37,936 nt of DNA from a virus (IMGVR_UViG_3300037479_000242:1-37936), one strand, 5' to 3'. Positions 27,081 through 35,719 are shown, numbered from the stretch's first letter. Made by a program: numbers and translations. The notes: a model not told the origin generated them from the letters alone.

Positions 27081-27490
27081 TATGGCCACCGGGGAATCTC
27101 GAACACCTTTGCTCGCACTAGAATCACCACATCGCACCTGGGTTTGTTGCCATCGTTGTCTGTCGCTGTGATCGTCACAACGTAGTTGTTCCCGTTCCGC
27201 GTCGTGCCCGGGTCCACGGTGAAATCCACGTTCGGGGTGGTCACCTGTGGTCCGTTGGTGATGAGGGCCGCTGGATTGCCGTCCGTCTGTGGCCCACTGA
27301 TTTTCGTCACCGATGCTGTCGCAGTCGATACGGTGCGACCCGGGAACGAACAGCCGAGGGTTTCCTTTTCGTTTGGTTGCAGTACCCAAACCAAATCTGC
27401 CCCTCCCACGTGCGGCGGTGGTCGTTCTTGCGCTTCCCCGATCGACGACCACCATGCCAAGAAAAGACAGGCAAGCAGATTCAATTTCAT
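27080..27490 (-). CDS. beta-sandwich (fibre-adaptor-like) protein with signal peptide
   Basis: ATGA overlap; MKLNLLACLFLAWWSSIGEA/QERPP; GNNYVVTITATD; 2 Cys in the mature part. Confidence 0.7.
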   Translation of the reverse strand: MKLNLLACLFLAWWSSIGEAQERPPPHVGGADLVWVLQPNEKETLGCSFPGRTVSTATASVTKISGPQTDGNPAALITNGPQVTTPNVDFTVDPGTTRNGNNYVVTITATDNDGNKPRCDVVILVRAKVFEIPRWP

Positions 27491-28296
27491 GGAATCACGG
27501 CTCTCTCTGGTTTCGACCGTATAGCACGATCGGGCTTGGCAATACCACCACGTGGTGGTTTCAAAATCATCGTGCGTTTGGCTGGTTTGCCAACGGTCGG
27601 CGTTGCAGTTGGTGTCGGTGTGATTGTTGGCGTTGAGCTTACAGTAAAGGTCTGCGTTGGTGTATGCGTGATTGTTGGCGTAGGCGTTGGCGTGGGACCG
27701 TCGTGACAGATTGCAATCTGCATGAGGTCCACCGAGCACGTAGCCTGCGTGCCGGTCAGGTTGTGCACCGCGAGTGCGGCCCCGAAACCAGCCGTGTTGA
27801 CCACGCTCAGCGACCCGACAGGACTGCAGGTGACCGCGTTGCACCATGGCGCGCCACACACATCCTGAAATGTGTTGACCACGTCGCCAGCATCAGCAAT
27901 CCACAATTCGCCGTCCGACAAATCACAGGCAGCATTATCACTGACAATCCCACTGATGACCGGAAACACCTCCTCCACGACGCAGTTGGCTCCGGCAGCA
28001 TTGCCTTCAATGCGCACTTCCGCCCAAGATATCAACGTTCCGTTCGGAATAGCGAAACCGAAGCTGGTACATTTCAGCCACTCTGAGTTATCGTTAGTGA
28101 GAACAACCTGCGCATAGAGATTATCACTGACCGTCGCATTTGAGGTGCTCGTCCACTCCGGATTGGTGCCCGTGTTACCATTGTCATTCACGCAAGTGCC
28201 CGCAGAACGCACCTCGAGCGTTTGCATGCACGTAAGTGCTGCTGCCCTCGATGTCACGAGTAGCAGCAGCGCAAGATGGCGACACAGGCTCTTCAC
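27487..28296 (-). CDS. exported Cys-rich beta-sandwich protein with Pro/Thr-rich linker
   Basis: GTGA overlap with the terL stop (alternative ATG 28308); (M)KSLCRHLALLLLVTSRAAA/LTC; 10 Cys in the mature part; PTPTPTITHTPT linker at about 27595-27696; basic tail. Confidence 0.75.
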   Translation of the reverse strand: MKSLCRHLALLLLVTSRAAALTCMQTLEVRSAGTCVNDNGNTGTNPEWTSTSNATVSDNLYAQVVLTNDNSEWLKCTSFGFAIPNGTLISWAEVRIEGNAAGANCVVEEVFPVISGIVSDNAACDLSDGELWIADAGDVVNTFQDVCGAPWCNAVTCSPVGSLSVVNTAGFGAALAVHNLTGTQATCSVDLMQIAICHDGPTPTPTPTITHTPTQTFTVSSTPTITPTPTATPTVGKPAKRTMILKPPRGGIAKPDRAIRSKPERAVIP

Positions 28297-29846
28297 GTCA
28301 CTCGCCATGGGCTCGGGCGCGCTCCGCCGGTATCGAACGAACCCAAAGTCACGGTAGATTGCGGACGAAGCATCAGCTTTGTAAGCAACCATACCAGTGC
28401 GTCCATCCGGTTCGGCGATGGACCACCGGGCTCCCAACTACACATCTCGTCCTCGAGGAGTGGAAAGTGCCCGACGTGATGCACCATGCCCCGCTCGTAC
28501 AGGGCCGCGATCGGCTCAGCGCGGATTTGTTTCCCCCGCGAAGCAGCTACCTCTTCGTATGCAACAGCGTTGCCGCCCGGGACGGTCCGAATCGTATTTT
28601 GGACCATGTCGCCGCCGAAATTTCGCTCAGCCCAAACACGATCAGCTTTCACAAGTCCATACGTGCTCACAACCTGCGCACCCCATTGTGCTGGTGAACC
28701 GCGCAATGAATCGTCGCGGGTGACAAAGGCGTGCAGCTCAGCCTTCCCCTGGCAAGCGCACAGCGCAACGCCACCCGCGACGATACCGCACTCGGTCACG
28801 CCACCCGGTGGATCAACACCAACACCGGCACGAACAAATTCGGGCGCTTCGGTTCTTCGGCCAGTCTCAATCACCGCACGCGTCCACAGGGCATTGGCAG
28901 ACACATCGACCGCGTGTTGCATTTCACGCAGAAACGCAAGACGTCCATACGTGGACATATAATTCTCGCATGCGGCTATGTCCTGACCGCCCCATGTGGG
29001 GGTGCCGCCTGTTATTCTGTAACGTGTTACACCGTCCTCCTCGATACGTTCGTATTCAAGGTCGCAAATTGCGGGCTCTATCGAAATCGGTAAATGATCG
29101 AGTAGCAGATCACCGCTGCCCCGCAGGAGCATGGACGCTATCGAGCCCGCATGGACGAGGTTCTGCAAAAACGCCACGGCGCAATCGGGTGAGCCGGTCG
29201 GTAGCACAGAATCGGTGATTGAGTGCAATTTACGATCGACGATACGCGCCGTATCGTGCCGGTCGTCAACGTCCTCCATCACAATCAAATCAGGACGGTA
29301 GTTGTCGATCTTCACACCGCGAGCAGCCGCATCGAGACCAAATGATGCTACCGCAAAGCCGATCGCTGTACGTAATTCCTGACGCCGCCAGCCACGCGAG
29401 TGTCCATATTGATTCAGTGCTCGTTCGATACCCAGGCGGCCGAGGATCCGTTCGATATTGATCACGCGGCGATCGGCTTGCTCCTGCGAGCCTGAAACGA
29501 ACAGTACGAAGCGTCGACTCAGAGCATGGCACAAATAGCCGCAGGCAATCTCGGCCGAGGTCGATTTTCCACCGCCACGCGGCCAAATTCCGACGTAGGG
29601 GCGAGGCCGTACACCACGACGCAAAGAGCAGACCCAGCTCCACAACTCCTCATGGCGCGGTGCCAAGGGAAACGAGACGTACTCGGGAAAGTATCGAGCG
29701 AGCCACGGACGCCATGCCGGAGGCTCACCCCGTTGATGTTTGTCTCTGTCGAACGCTGGCTGGCGCAAACGCCGGGCCATCGACAGAAGCAGCGACTGTC
29801 TCAAGCTCGATCCCGATGCGTTCGAGGATGTCTCGGTCACTGACAT
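28293..29846 (-). CDS. terL: terminase large subunit
   Basis: Walker A PRGGGKS, Walker B LIVMEDVDD, nuclease motifs GVGVDP, AERNFGG and SPNRMDALVW. The start may be ATG 29780. Confidence 0.93.
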   Translation of the reverse strand: MSVTETSSNASGSSLRQSLLLSMARRLRQPAFDRDKHQRGEPPAWRPWLARYFPEYVSFPLAPRHEELWSWVCSLRRGVRPRPYVGIWPRGGGKSTSAEIACGYLCHALSRRFVLFVSGSQEQADRRVINIERILGRLGIERALNQYGHSRGWRRQELRTAIGFAVASFGLDAAARGVKIDNYRPDLIVMEDVDDRHDTARIVDRKLHSITDSVLPTGSPDCAVAFLQNLVHAGSIASMLLRGSGDLLLDHLPISIEPAICDLEYERIEEDGVTRYRITGGTPTWGGQDIAACENYMSTYGRLAFLREMQHAVDVSANALWTRAVIETGRRTEAPEFVRAGVGVDPPGGVTECGIVAGGVALCACQGKAELHAFVTRDDSLRGSPAQWGAQVVSTYGLVKADRVWAERNFGGDMVQNTIRTVPGGNAVAYEEVAASRGKQIRAEPIAALYERGMVHHVGHFPLLEDEMCSWEPGGPSPNRMDALVWLLTKLMLRPQSTVTLGSFDTGGARPSPWRVT

Positions 29847-30489
29847 GTCTGCGGATTATCTCCTCTATGCGGCGAAACGCAATGATTGCCTCACTAGCTG
29901 CGATGTATTGCTGGTCCTGGAGCATGCGTTTAGCCTCGGAGTCGCAGAGTTTACGCCGCTGATCGATTAGCTGCAGGAGGCGCACCTGTCGTGCCTCCTC
30001 GGCTGCGCCGCCCTGGATGCATTTCGCGTGCTCGCTGAGAGCTAAGGCGAGGGTGACTGGATCCTTCTGTTGCCGTGCGGATTCAACACGCTCCCAGGTC
30101 GAACGTAGAGTAGACCAGCTCAGAGCATCGAGATTTAGGCTCGCACAAATCTCGTGAATCAGCGCATCGATGAGAGCTATTTCATCACGTAGCGACCCCA
30201 GCTCTGGATCTACTCGCGCTAGTTCGTAGCGTGACAATAATTGACCCCGCAGTGAGCGTACATAGCGGCCAGTTTTATACGCATAATGCGCAATGCCACG
30301 AGGTACCCATCCCCCGTGCCGATAGCAAGCATCCGAATCCTGTGCCGGCCAGCGTCTGCAGGGAACCCATACCCCGTTGGTACGACGGCGAGTGCGGTGT
30401 GCACCGCAACGCTCGTGGATCTGACCACACAACTCACACGGTTCTTGTCGCCGCCGCGTTGTCGGTGGCGGTATTTCGCGTCTGGGCAT
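29725..30489 (-). CDS. probable terminase small subunit (HGGxSTG-like N-terminal Cys/His motif)
   Basis: RCGA...PCRR...CYRHGG...YKTGRY, then helical sequence; directly upstream of terL. Confidence 0.7.
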   Translation of the reverse strand: MPRREIPPPTTRRRQEPCELCGQIHERCGAHRTRRRTNGVWVPCRRWPAQDSDACYRHGGWVPRGIAHYAYKTGRYVRSLRGQLLSRYELARVDPELGSLRDEIALIDALIHEICASLNLDALSWSTLRSTWERVESARQQKDPVTLALALSEHAKCIQGGAAEEARQVRLLQLIDQRRKLCDSEAKRMLQDQQYIAASEAIIAFRRIEEIIRRHVSDRDILERIGIELETVAASVDGPAFAPASVRQRQTSTG

Positions 30490-30569
30490 GGTATTGGTCG
30501 TTTACCATGATTGTTTTTAGAACACCACCACCCGAAGTGTTTCGTTGCGCTACGTCGCCCCCTCGGCAT

Positions 30570-30593
30570 CAGCCGACGCCGGAGCGGGCTGCG
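30570..30593 (+). repeat. 24-bp direct repeat, copy 1
   Basis: CAGCCGACGCCGGAGCGGGCTGCG, 1 mismatch to 31445-31468. Confidence 0.85.
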
Positions 30594-30639
30594 CGGCCTT
30601 GCTCGGAGGAAGCCTGGAAGCGCAAGCCACAGACGGCCT

Positions 30640-31375
30640 CTATCGCGTGCGCGCGGTCCTCCCATACCACCGCGAGGACGCATGAGCCGAGATCGCGTGC
30701 GGGTGCTCATACGTCGGGTTGCGCGCCCCCGTCGTGTACGACGTCCTGCCGTGCGCGATCTGGACAGCGAACTCCACCGGATCGTCACCGGTCTTGTCCG
30801 AGGCGGGGAAGAAGCCGTTGTAGTTGCCATCGGCGTTCGACGGCTCGGAGAACGTCCAGAAGTCCCGGTCGTTCGATCGCGTGACAACGGTCGCACCCTG
30901 GACGGGCCTGACGCTCGCGTCGGTGATCCTGCCGCGCAGCCGGTAGGAGAGCAGGACGACACTCGGTGCCGGGGCACCGTCTGCACGTACAGCGCGGCCG
31001 GTCACGACGACCGAGCCATTTCCGCCACGTGCGGTCCGGATGTCGGTGATCCGGTATCCGACCGTGATGCCGCTCCTTGCCCGGAGCGCGGCGGCCCGCT
31101 CTGCCTGCGTGAGAGCACGGCCATTGATGCGAGCGCGGCTCACGTCGACGACGCGAACCGGGTGCCGCCGCGCGAGGGTCGAGTCGACCGGGTAGACGAA
31201 CCCTCCGTCGTCGTCGGTCAGACGCGGCAACTCGTAGCGGTCGACCGCGATTCTGGCGCCCGCTACCGGCTGCCCGCCGAGGAGCAGGCGGCCCCGCACG
31301 TCACGCAGGTTCGACGTGTCCGGGTTCCAGAGCGTCAAGGGCACGGCGCCGCCTCGGATGACGATTCTCGAACGG
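30640..31375 (-). pseudogene. GC-rich fragment of a cellular-type protein (carboxypeptidase-regulatory-like beta-sandwich domains)
   Basis: Protein-like open frame (VRGRLLLGGQPVAGARI...LRGRITDASVRPVQGATVV...SNADGNY) with no convincing start or RBS. About 70% GC in a counted 60-nt line versus about 55% in a tail gene line. Boundaries are approximate. Confidence 0.55.
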
Positions 31376-31444
31376 ACGCCTTCCTGGGCGCGCCCATGCG
31401 GTGCCGCAGCCGCGGCGTCAGCAGAGAGGGAGTCCCCACCGCGC

Positions 31445-31468
31445 CAGCCGACGCCAGAGCGGGCTGCG
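31445..31468 (+). repeat. 24-bp direct repeat, copy 2
   Basis: CAGCCGACGCCAGAGCGGGCTGCG, within a CCGACGCC...GGCGTCGG hairpin. Confidence 0.85.
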
Positions 31469-31513
31469 GCGTCGGTACCTGCGGCATCAGGAAACGGTAC
31501 ACTTGTATCTCCG

Positions 31514-31545
31514 TGAGACACAAAATGAGACAGACCATGAGACAC
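31514..31545. repeat. 12-bp-periodic TGAGACA array (3 copies)
   Basis: TGAGACACAAAA TGAGACAGACCA TGAGACAC; same core and period as 19621-19664. Confidence 0.9.
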
Positions 31546-31573
31546 AAATCTGCAAGGCAGTGCCAAAAATATG

Positions 31574-31602
31574 TTGACATGCGTGCCGGCGCGTAGTATA
31601 TT
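31574..31602 (+). promoter_or_regulatory. strong sigma70-type promoter
   Basis: TTGACA-17 nt-TATATT; the ATG at 31609 is 7 nt downstream. Confidence 0.8.
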
Positions 31603-31622
31603 CACAGCATGACATACGAGAA

Positions 31623-31649
31623 GGCAGCCGGACTGAAAGCTGGGCCGGC
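31623..31649 (+). repeat. 27-bp direct repeat, copy 2
   Basis: Identical to 20128-20154. Confidence 0.95.
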
Positions 31650-31662
31650 GCAGGGAGAGCAG

Positions 31663-32711
31663 ATGAACAAGAGGATCTGGATCCTCGGGGCCCCCGACCC
31701 CGAGATGTCGGAGATCGAGGCCCTGCTGCGGGAGCAGAGCGAGACGGTGGCATACGCCACCGTCGACGGGGTGCGGGTACACCCAGGCAACGCGTACCGG
31801 GCAGATTGCCCGGCCGTGCTCCAGGCTGGCGGCCTGCCCGCCAGCGGCGACGGCATAACGGTCGTCGCCGTTGAGTGCGACTGGGACCACGCATTTGAAT
31901 CGACCTGCGCGGTGGTGGTCCGGGTGGACCACCACCGCCCCGGCGACCCCGGCTACGGCCGGGCGGCTGCCGATTACCTGCCCGGATCTTCGATCGGGCA
32001 GGTAATCGCCCTGCTCGTGCGAGCAGGGCGCCTTGGAGACGTAACGACCCGCACGCCGTTAGGCGTGCGGTGGAAGTTTGAGCCGAGGGCGGAAATAGCC
32101 CCCGGGCTGGCGGTGCCAGCCCACTGGCGGATCAACGCGCCAGTGGATCTCACTTCTTCGACGGCCGACGCCGCTGTCGAGGCGACGTACGTGGTCCCTG
32201 GCCGCCTGGCAATGGTCGCGGCAGCCGACCACTGCCTGGCGGCCGCCTACGCAGGCAAGTGTCCGGGCGTGGATCCAGAGGAGCTGAAACTTGGCGCGCC
32301 GAGTCACGCGCCAAGTTTCAGCGGCGCCCGGTCGGCGACGTGCTCGCCGACGTCGAAGCGGCGCGGGTGATCCTCCGCACTGCGCCGCGAGTAGCGGGCA
32401 ATATCGCTGGCTATGCAGGGGACCAGGTCTGCGCGAAGTGCCTCCGTCACGCATGTGACGGAGGCGATTGTTTCGTCGCCCCGCGTGACCTTCGGGGCCG
32501 CGATGTGCCCGAGCTGCCCGAGGCGGCAGCTCGGGAGGGGATCGCGTTTCTCGCGACGGTGCGAGAGCGCGACGGTCGCGAGAAGGTGGTGCTGCAGGCA
32601 GCACCACCCGAGTTGATCGCCGCCTTCCTCCGGGGCGACATCTGCCCCGAATTGGTAGACCGTTACGGCGACCCCGCCAGGGGATTCGCCGGTGGGTACG
32701 AGAGGGGATAG
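31663..32711 (+). pseudogene. DHH/NrN-like phosphoesterase, frameshifted near 32287 (mutation or sequencing error)
   Basis: ATG 31663 after AGGGAGAG (in-frame ATG also at 31609). Motifs LGAPDPEMSEI, VEC, VDHH, SSIGQV, VAAADH. Protein-like sequence continues in the 32259..32711 frame (WRAESRAKFQ...YGDPARGFAGGY); adding one A at AAA 32287-32289 gives a 349-aa ORF. Confidence 0.7.
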
Positions 32712-32921
32712 CATGCTCCCGAGCCCCTGTTGACGGCGACCCCATCGCCGGAGCGCCCGCTGCAGTTCTGTGTCGCGCGGTTCCAGACGCCGCGCGGGGA
32801 GATCCACGCACGCGCCTTGGTCTCCCAGGCGGGGGGCGGGTGCAACCCGTTCGTCCCTGTCCCCTCGGGCGGCGCCGGCTGATTTGTGCTCGCTGGGCCC
32901 ACTCGATCAGGCCGCGCAAAC

Positions 32922-32957
32922 TCCGCGCCGCGTGCGAGCATCACCACGCGGCGCGGA
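32922..32957. terminator. perfect 13-bp inverted repeat between convergent genes
   Basis: TCCGCGCCGCGTG-10 nt-CACGCGGCGCGGA. There is no U-tract, so terminator function is inferred. Confidence 0.5.
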
Positions 32958-33019
32958 TCCGGCGCTTGATTTCGCGCTGGACATAGAGCCCGTCGGGGCC
33001 TGCCCGAACACCAAAGGGT

Positions 33020-33349
33020 TTAGCCAGTCTTCGTTGTCCGCCCGAGGTTCGGGCGGCGACGTGGTGCGTTCGTCAACGACATTGTCATCACAAACGCTCT
33101 ACGCACACCAGCGGCATCGAAACCCAGAGCCTCGCAGCAGGCATCGAACGAGAGCCCGCCCGTACCGTCGTTCATCCATGCCAGCGCTTCCTCACGAAGT
33201 TGCTCGCCTTCACGCTGATTCGCGTAGCGCGCGCGTACATCGCGTATCGCCAGCAAGAGCATCTCTGCGCACAGTCTCTGCTCGGGTGTCCAGATGCTCC
33301 GCTTTGCGGTGGCCAGTAGGCGCAACCGAACACGATCACCCTGGTTCAT
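33020..33349 (-). CDS. small helical putative transcription regulator
   Basis: PEQRLCAEMLLLAIRD...ALAWM...LSFDACCEALGFD; last gene of the replication operon, a position typical of late regulators. Confidence 0.65.
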   Translation of the reverse strand: MNQGDRVRLRLLATAKRSIWTPEQRLCAEMLLLAIRDVRARYANQREGEQLREEALAWMNDGTGGLSFDACCEALGFDAAGVRRAFVMTMSLTNAPRRRPNLGRTTKTG

Positions 33350-34350
33350 ATCTCATTCAGCTTCCTATCTCCGAGAAAGCGCTCGACCTTTTCGCGGAAC
33401 CACTGATGCTCGCGCATCCACCTTTCAACCCACATGCGCCATGTGCCAACTTCGTTCTCTGTTTTCGCTCGGTGCTCCTCAGGCGTCAGATAGACGCACG
33501 GCCAGTCTGGATCATCGGGATGCCATAGCCCTGTCTCAACCCACTGGCCCTCACCATTTTGCACACGCTTGCGGATCTTGTGGCTGCGCGGAATAGCATG
33601 ATCGCGCTGCAGCGGATACCAAGCGCCCGACTCGATCGACCGGCACCGACCTGCCAGAATGTCGTCGAGCAATTGCCGCTCGAGGGCCGTCTTCCGGTCG
33701 CTGGGAGACCGACCGAGCAGTGTTGTTTCGGGTACGAAACCAGCGAGAAAATCCGCTGCCAACATGTGTAGAACCTCATCATCAGTCGGGAAAGGTTTCC
33801 CGAGCTGGTGGCGGATGGCATTCTCGACCTGCAACAACAACCTGTGCGTGTCTGCGCTCACAAGTCTGCTGTAAGTGCGCAACCCGCTCGTCTCATGGTG
33901 CTCCTCTGGATGTGCCTCACGCGCCGCCTGGCGCATTTGCGCATCAGAGCGACGGGAACGGGCGATTTCGTATGCTTTGGCATCTCCGGCCCTCTCCGCG
34001 ATTTTGAAGGCGTCGTAGGCCCTCCAGGCGCTAACAGCAAGCCATTTAGTGCGCTCCTCGGCGTTGCGCTTCAATAATTCCCGTGCTACATACTGGAGGC
34101 GGGACACGCTAGAGCGGTCAAGCCCATCAAGATTCTTCGCTGCCCATTCGGCAATCGAGCTTGCTTCAGGATGCACGGCTTCGCGCCCCATGCGCTCCAG
34201 GAGCAAGCCCGTCATCCAGCCAAGCCGCTTGGAGCCGTACCAGCCCCAGCGCAGCATGTCAGCTAGGTCGGCCGGGCGCATCGCAGCAACTTGCGCCACA
34301 ATGTCCATATCGGGTTTCGTTGGGGAAATGATGGCTACGGGGTCAAACAT
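33346..34350 (-). CDS. hypothetical protein with helical N-terminus and HNH-like C-terminus
   Basis: LQRDHAIPRSH...CVYLTPEEHRAKT resembles a degenerate HNH motif; operon-coupled. Confidence 0.65.
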   Translation of the reverse strand: MFDPVAIISPTKPDMDIVAQVAAMRPADLADMLRWGWYGSKRLGWMTGLLLERMGREAVHPEASSIAEWAAKNLDGLDRSSVSRLQYVARELLKRNAEERTKWLAVSAWRAYDAFKIAERAGDAKAYEIARSRRSDAQMRQAAREAHPEEHHETSGLRTYSRLVSADTHRLLLQVENAIRHQLGKPFPTDDEVLHMLAADFLAGFVPETTLLGRSPSDRKTALERQLLDDILAGRCRSIESGAWYPLQRDHAIPRSHKIRKRVQNGEGQWVETGLWHPDDPDWPCVYLTPEEHRAKTENEVGTWRMWVERWMREHQWFREKVERFLGDRKLNEI

Positions 34351-34353
34351 CAC

Positions 34354-34749
34354 TCATCTCGATTCCATTTTGCGTGATCGCTCACGTACCTTCGTGATGA
34401 GTCGCTCAACATCGGCACGCATTCTGCGCAGCAATTCAGGATCCGGCACCTCGGCCTTCTCGGCTTCGCGCTGCCGAATGGCGTCGCGTTGGTTACGCTC
34501 CCTGTCCAGTTCATCTCGCACTTCATCAACCGCGCGACGAAAGGCCGCTAGGCTCGGCCACTCTTCCCGAAGAGCCATGCGCCGGGCTGCGATCTTACCC
34601 GTATCCACAGTTGGGCAGATAGAAGCAAGTGCACAAACCCACTCCTCGACCGCGTCAGGCTCAAACTTAATCCGCGGTAGGTAATGCCGCTCAATGGAGC
34701 TGAATATCTCAAGCGCTCCTGTCCGGTCAACCCGCTCTCGCTTTCGCAT
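34354..34749 (-). CDS. hypothetical replication-associated protein
   Basis: Directly downstream of the initiator; WPSLAAFR motif like helicase-loader-associated phage proteins. The start is uncertain. Confidence 0.55.
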   Translation of the reverse strand: MRKRERVDRTGALEIFSSIERHYLPRIKFEPDAVEEWVCALASICPTVDTGKIAARRMALREEWPSLAAFRRAVDEVRDELDRERNQRDAIRQREAEKAEVPDPELLRRMRADVERLITKVRERSRKMESR

Positions 34750-35719
34750 CCTCCTCTGCCTTCCATTTTGCCAGAAGTTTCGCATCTCGCTCGCGCCGCT
34801 CGCGAGTCCTGCGCTCCGCAGCTGATTCGTCCGGTACGGGTCCCGTGAATTTGCCCTTCGGTTGCCAGCCGGTCGGCGCAATCCATGCGTTCGGCTTTTC
34901 AGCAAACGCCCTCAGCGATACCCAGCGCAACGAGGTCGTCTCCAGGTAATACGTCAGCCGATGACACAGCTCGTTATAACCAACAGCATCACGAATTGGC
35001 GAGAGCAAAGTCTCAGCATCTTCTGCACGTGTAAAATTTCCCCCTGTATAGCGATGGTAGATCCCTTGCAGCTCCAATAGCCAAGATGGGATCTTGTTTC
35101 GTGGGCGAAACACCGGCCCCGCTTGGGCTGTTGAACGAAAACGTGGCGCCGCTTTCCGCTCCTTTGGCGGCGGCTTTCCGGTGCCTTCAGGATGGCAAAC
35201 CAAACAGATGCAACCAGGGCGGTGTTCGGGGCGGCGTTCTTGTGATGATGCGGATGAATCTTCAAAAAACGGAGAGGATACTTTACTTGTTGATACTTTA
35301 ATTGAGGATACTTCATGAGGGATTTGCGCCACCTCACAATTCAGAGTTGCGCCATCAACAAAATCAGAGTTGTGCGTTGGCGCAACTCCAAATTGATCAA
35401 TTTTAAGGTCCGCAATGCTGGATTTACAGCCTTGTGGGCATCGCCAATCAGCAACAAATTGGTATACGTTCGTATACCCTAATCCACGGCGGGTCACTTC
35501 AATCAAACCCAGCTCACGCAGAGTTGTAACCGCTCTGCTGATTGCCTCTGGGCGGCAACCAAGCAGTTTCCCAAGCGCTTCCCCTGATGGCCAGCAGCAA
35601 TCGGATTTCTGCCAAAACCGCTCAAGAAGTAGATACAGCCTTAGAGCCGTTTCAGTGACGTGGGAGCAGAGAAATACAGACTCTTCGACGGTTGCATAAT
35701 GTCGCTTATAGCGCCCCAT
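34727..35719 (-). CDS. phage replication initiator (N-terminal winged HTH)
   Basis: GGGAG RBS; ALRLYLLL...CWPSGEALGKLLGC...ISRAVTTLRELGLI...NVY; central repeat-containing linker. Confidence 0.82.
   Translation of the reverse strand: MGRYKRHYATVEESVFLCSHVTETALRLYLLLERFWQKSDCCWPSGEALGKLLGCRPEAISRAVTTLRELGLIEVTRRGLGYTNVYQFVADWRCPQGCKSSIADLKIDQFGVAPTHNSDFVDGATLNCEVAQIPHEVSSIKVSTSKVSSPFFEDSSASSQERRPEHRPGCICLVCHPEGTGKPPPKERKAAPRFRSTAQAGPVFRPRNKIPSWLLELQGIYHRYTGGNFTRAEDAETLLSPIRDAVGYNELCHRLTYYLETTSLRWVSLRAFAEKPNAWIAPTGWQPKGKFTGPVPDESAAERRTRERRERDAKLLAKWKAEEDAKARAG
35277..35388. repeat. iteron-like repeats (putative origin) within the initiator gene
   Basis: GATACTT x3 at a 15-bp period; TTGCGCCA-N10-CAGAG x2 at a 23-bp period (35324-35369); inverted TGGCGCAACTC (35378-35388); AT-richer context. 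Confidence 0.65.

Noticed and set aside
30511-31596. 361-aa plus-strand Arg-rich ORF
   Set aside because: It has low-complexity shadow composition; the minus frame is the protein-like one.
30570-31649. homology between the 24-bp and 27-bp repeat families (shared CAGCCG...GGGC)
   Set aside because: The alignment needs several gaps in GC-rich sequence and is likely chance.
31376-31935. N-terminal part of the 431-aa ORF 30640..31935
   Set aside because: It overlaps the promoter, the repeat array and the antisense of the DHH-like gene, and is not protein-like.
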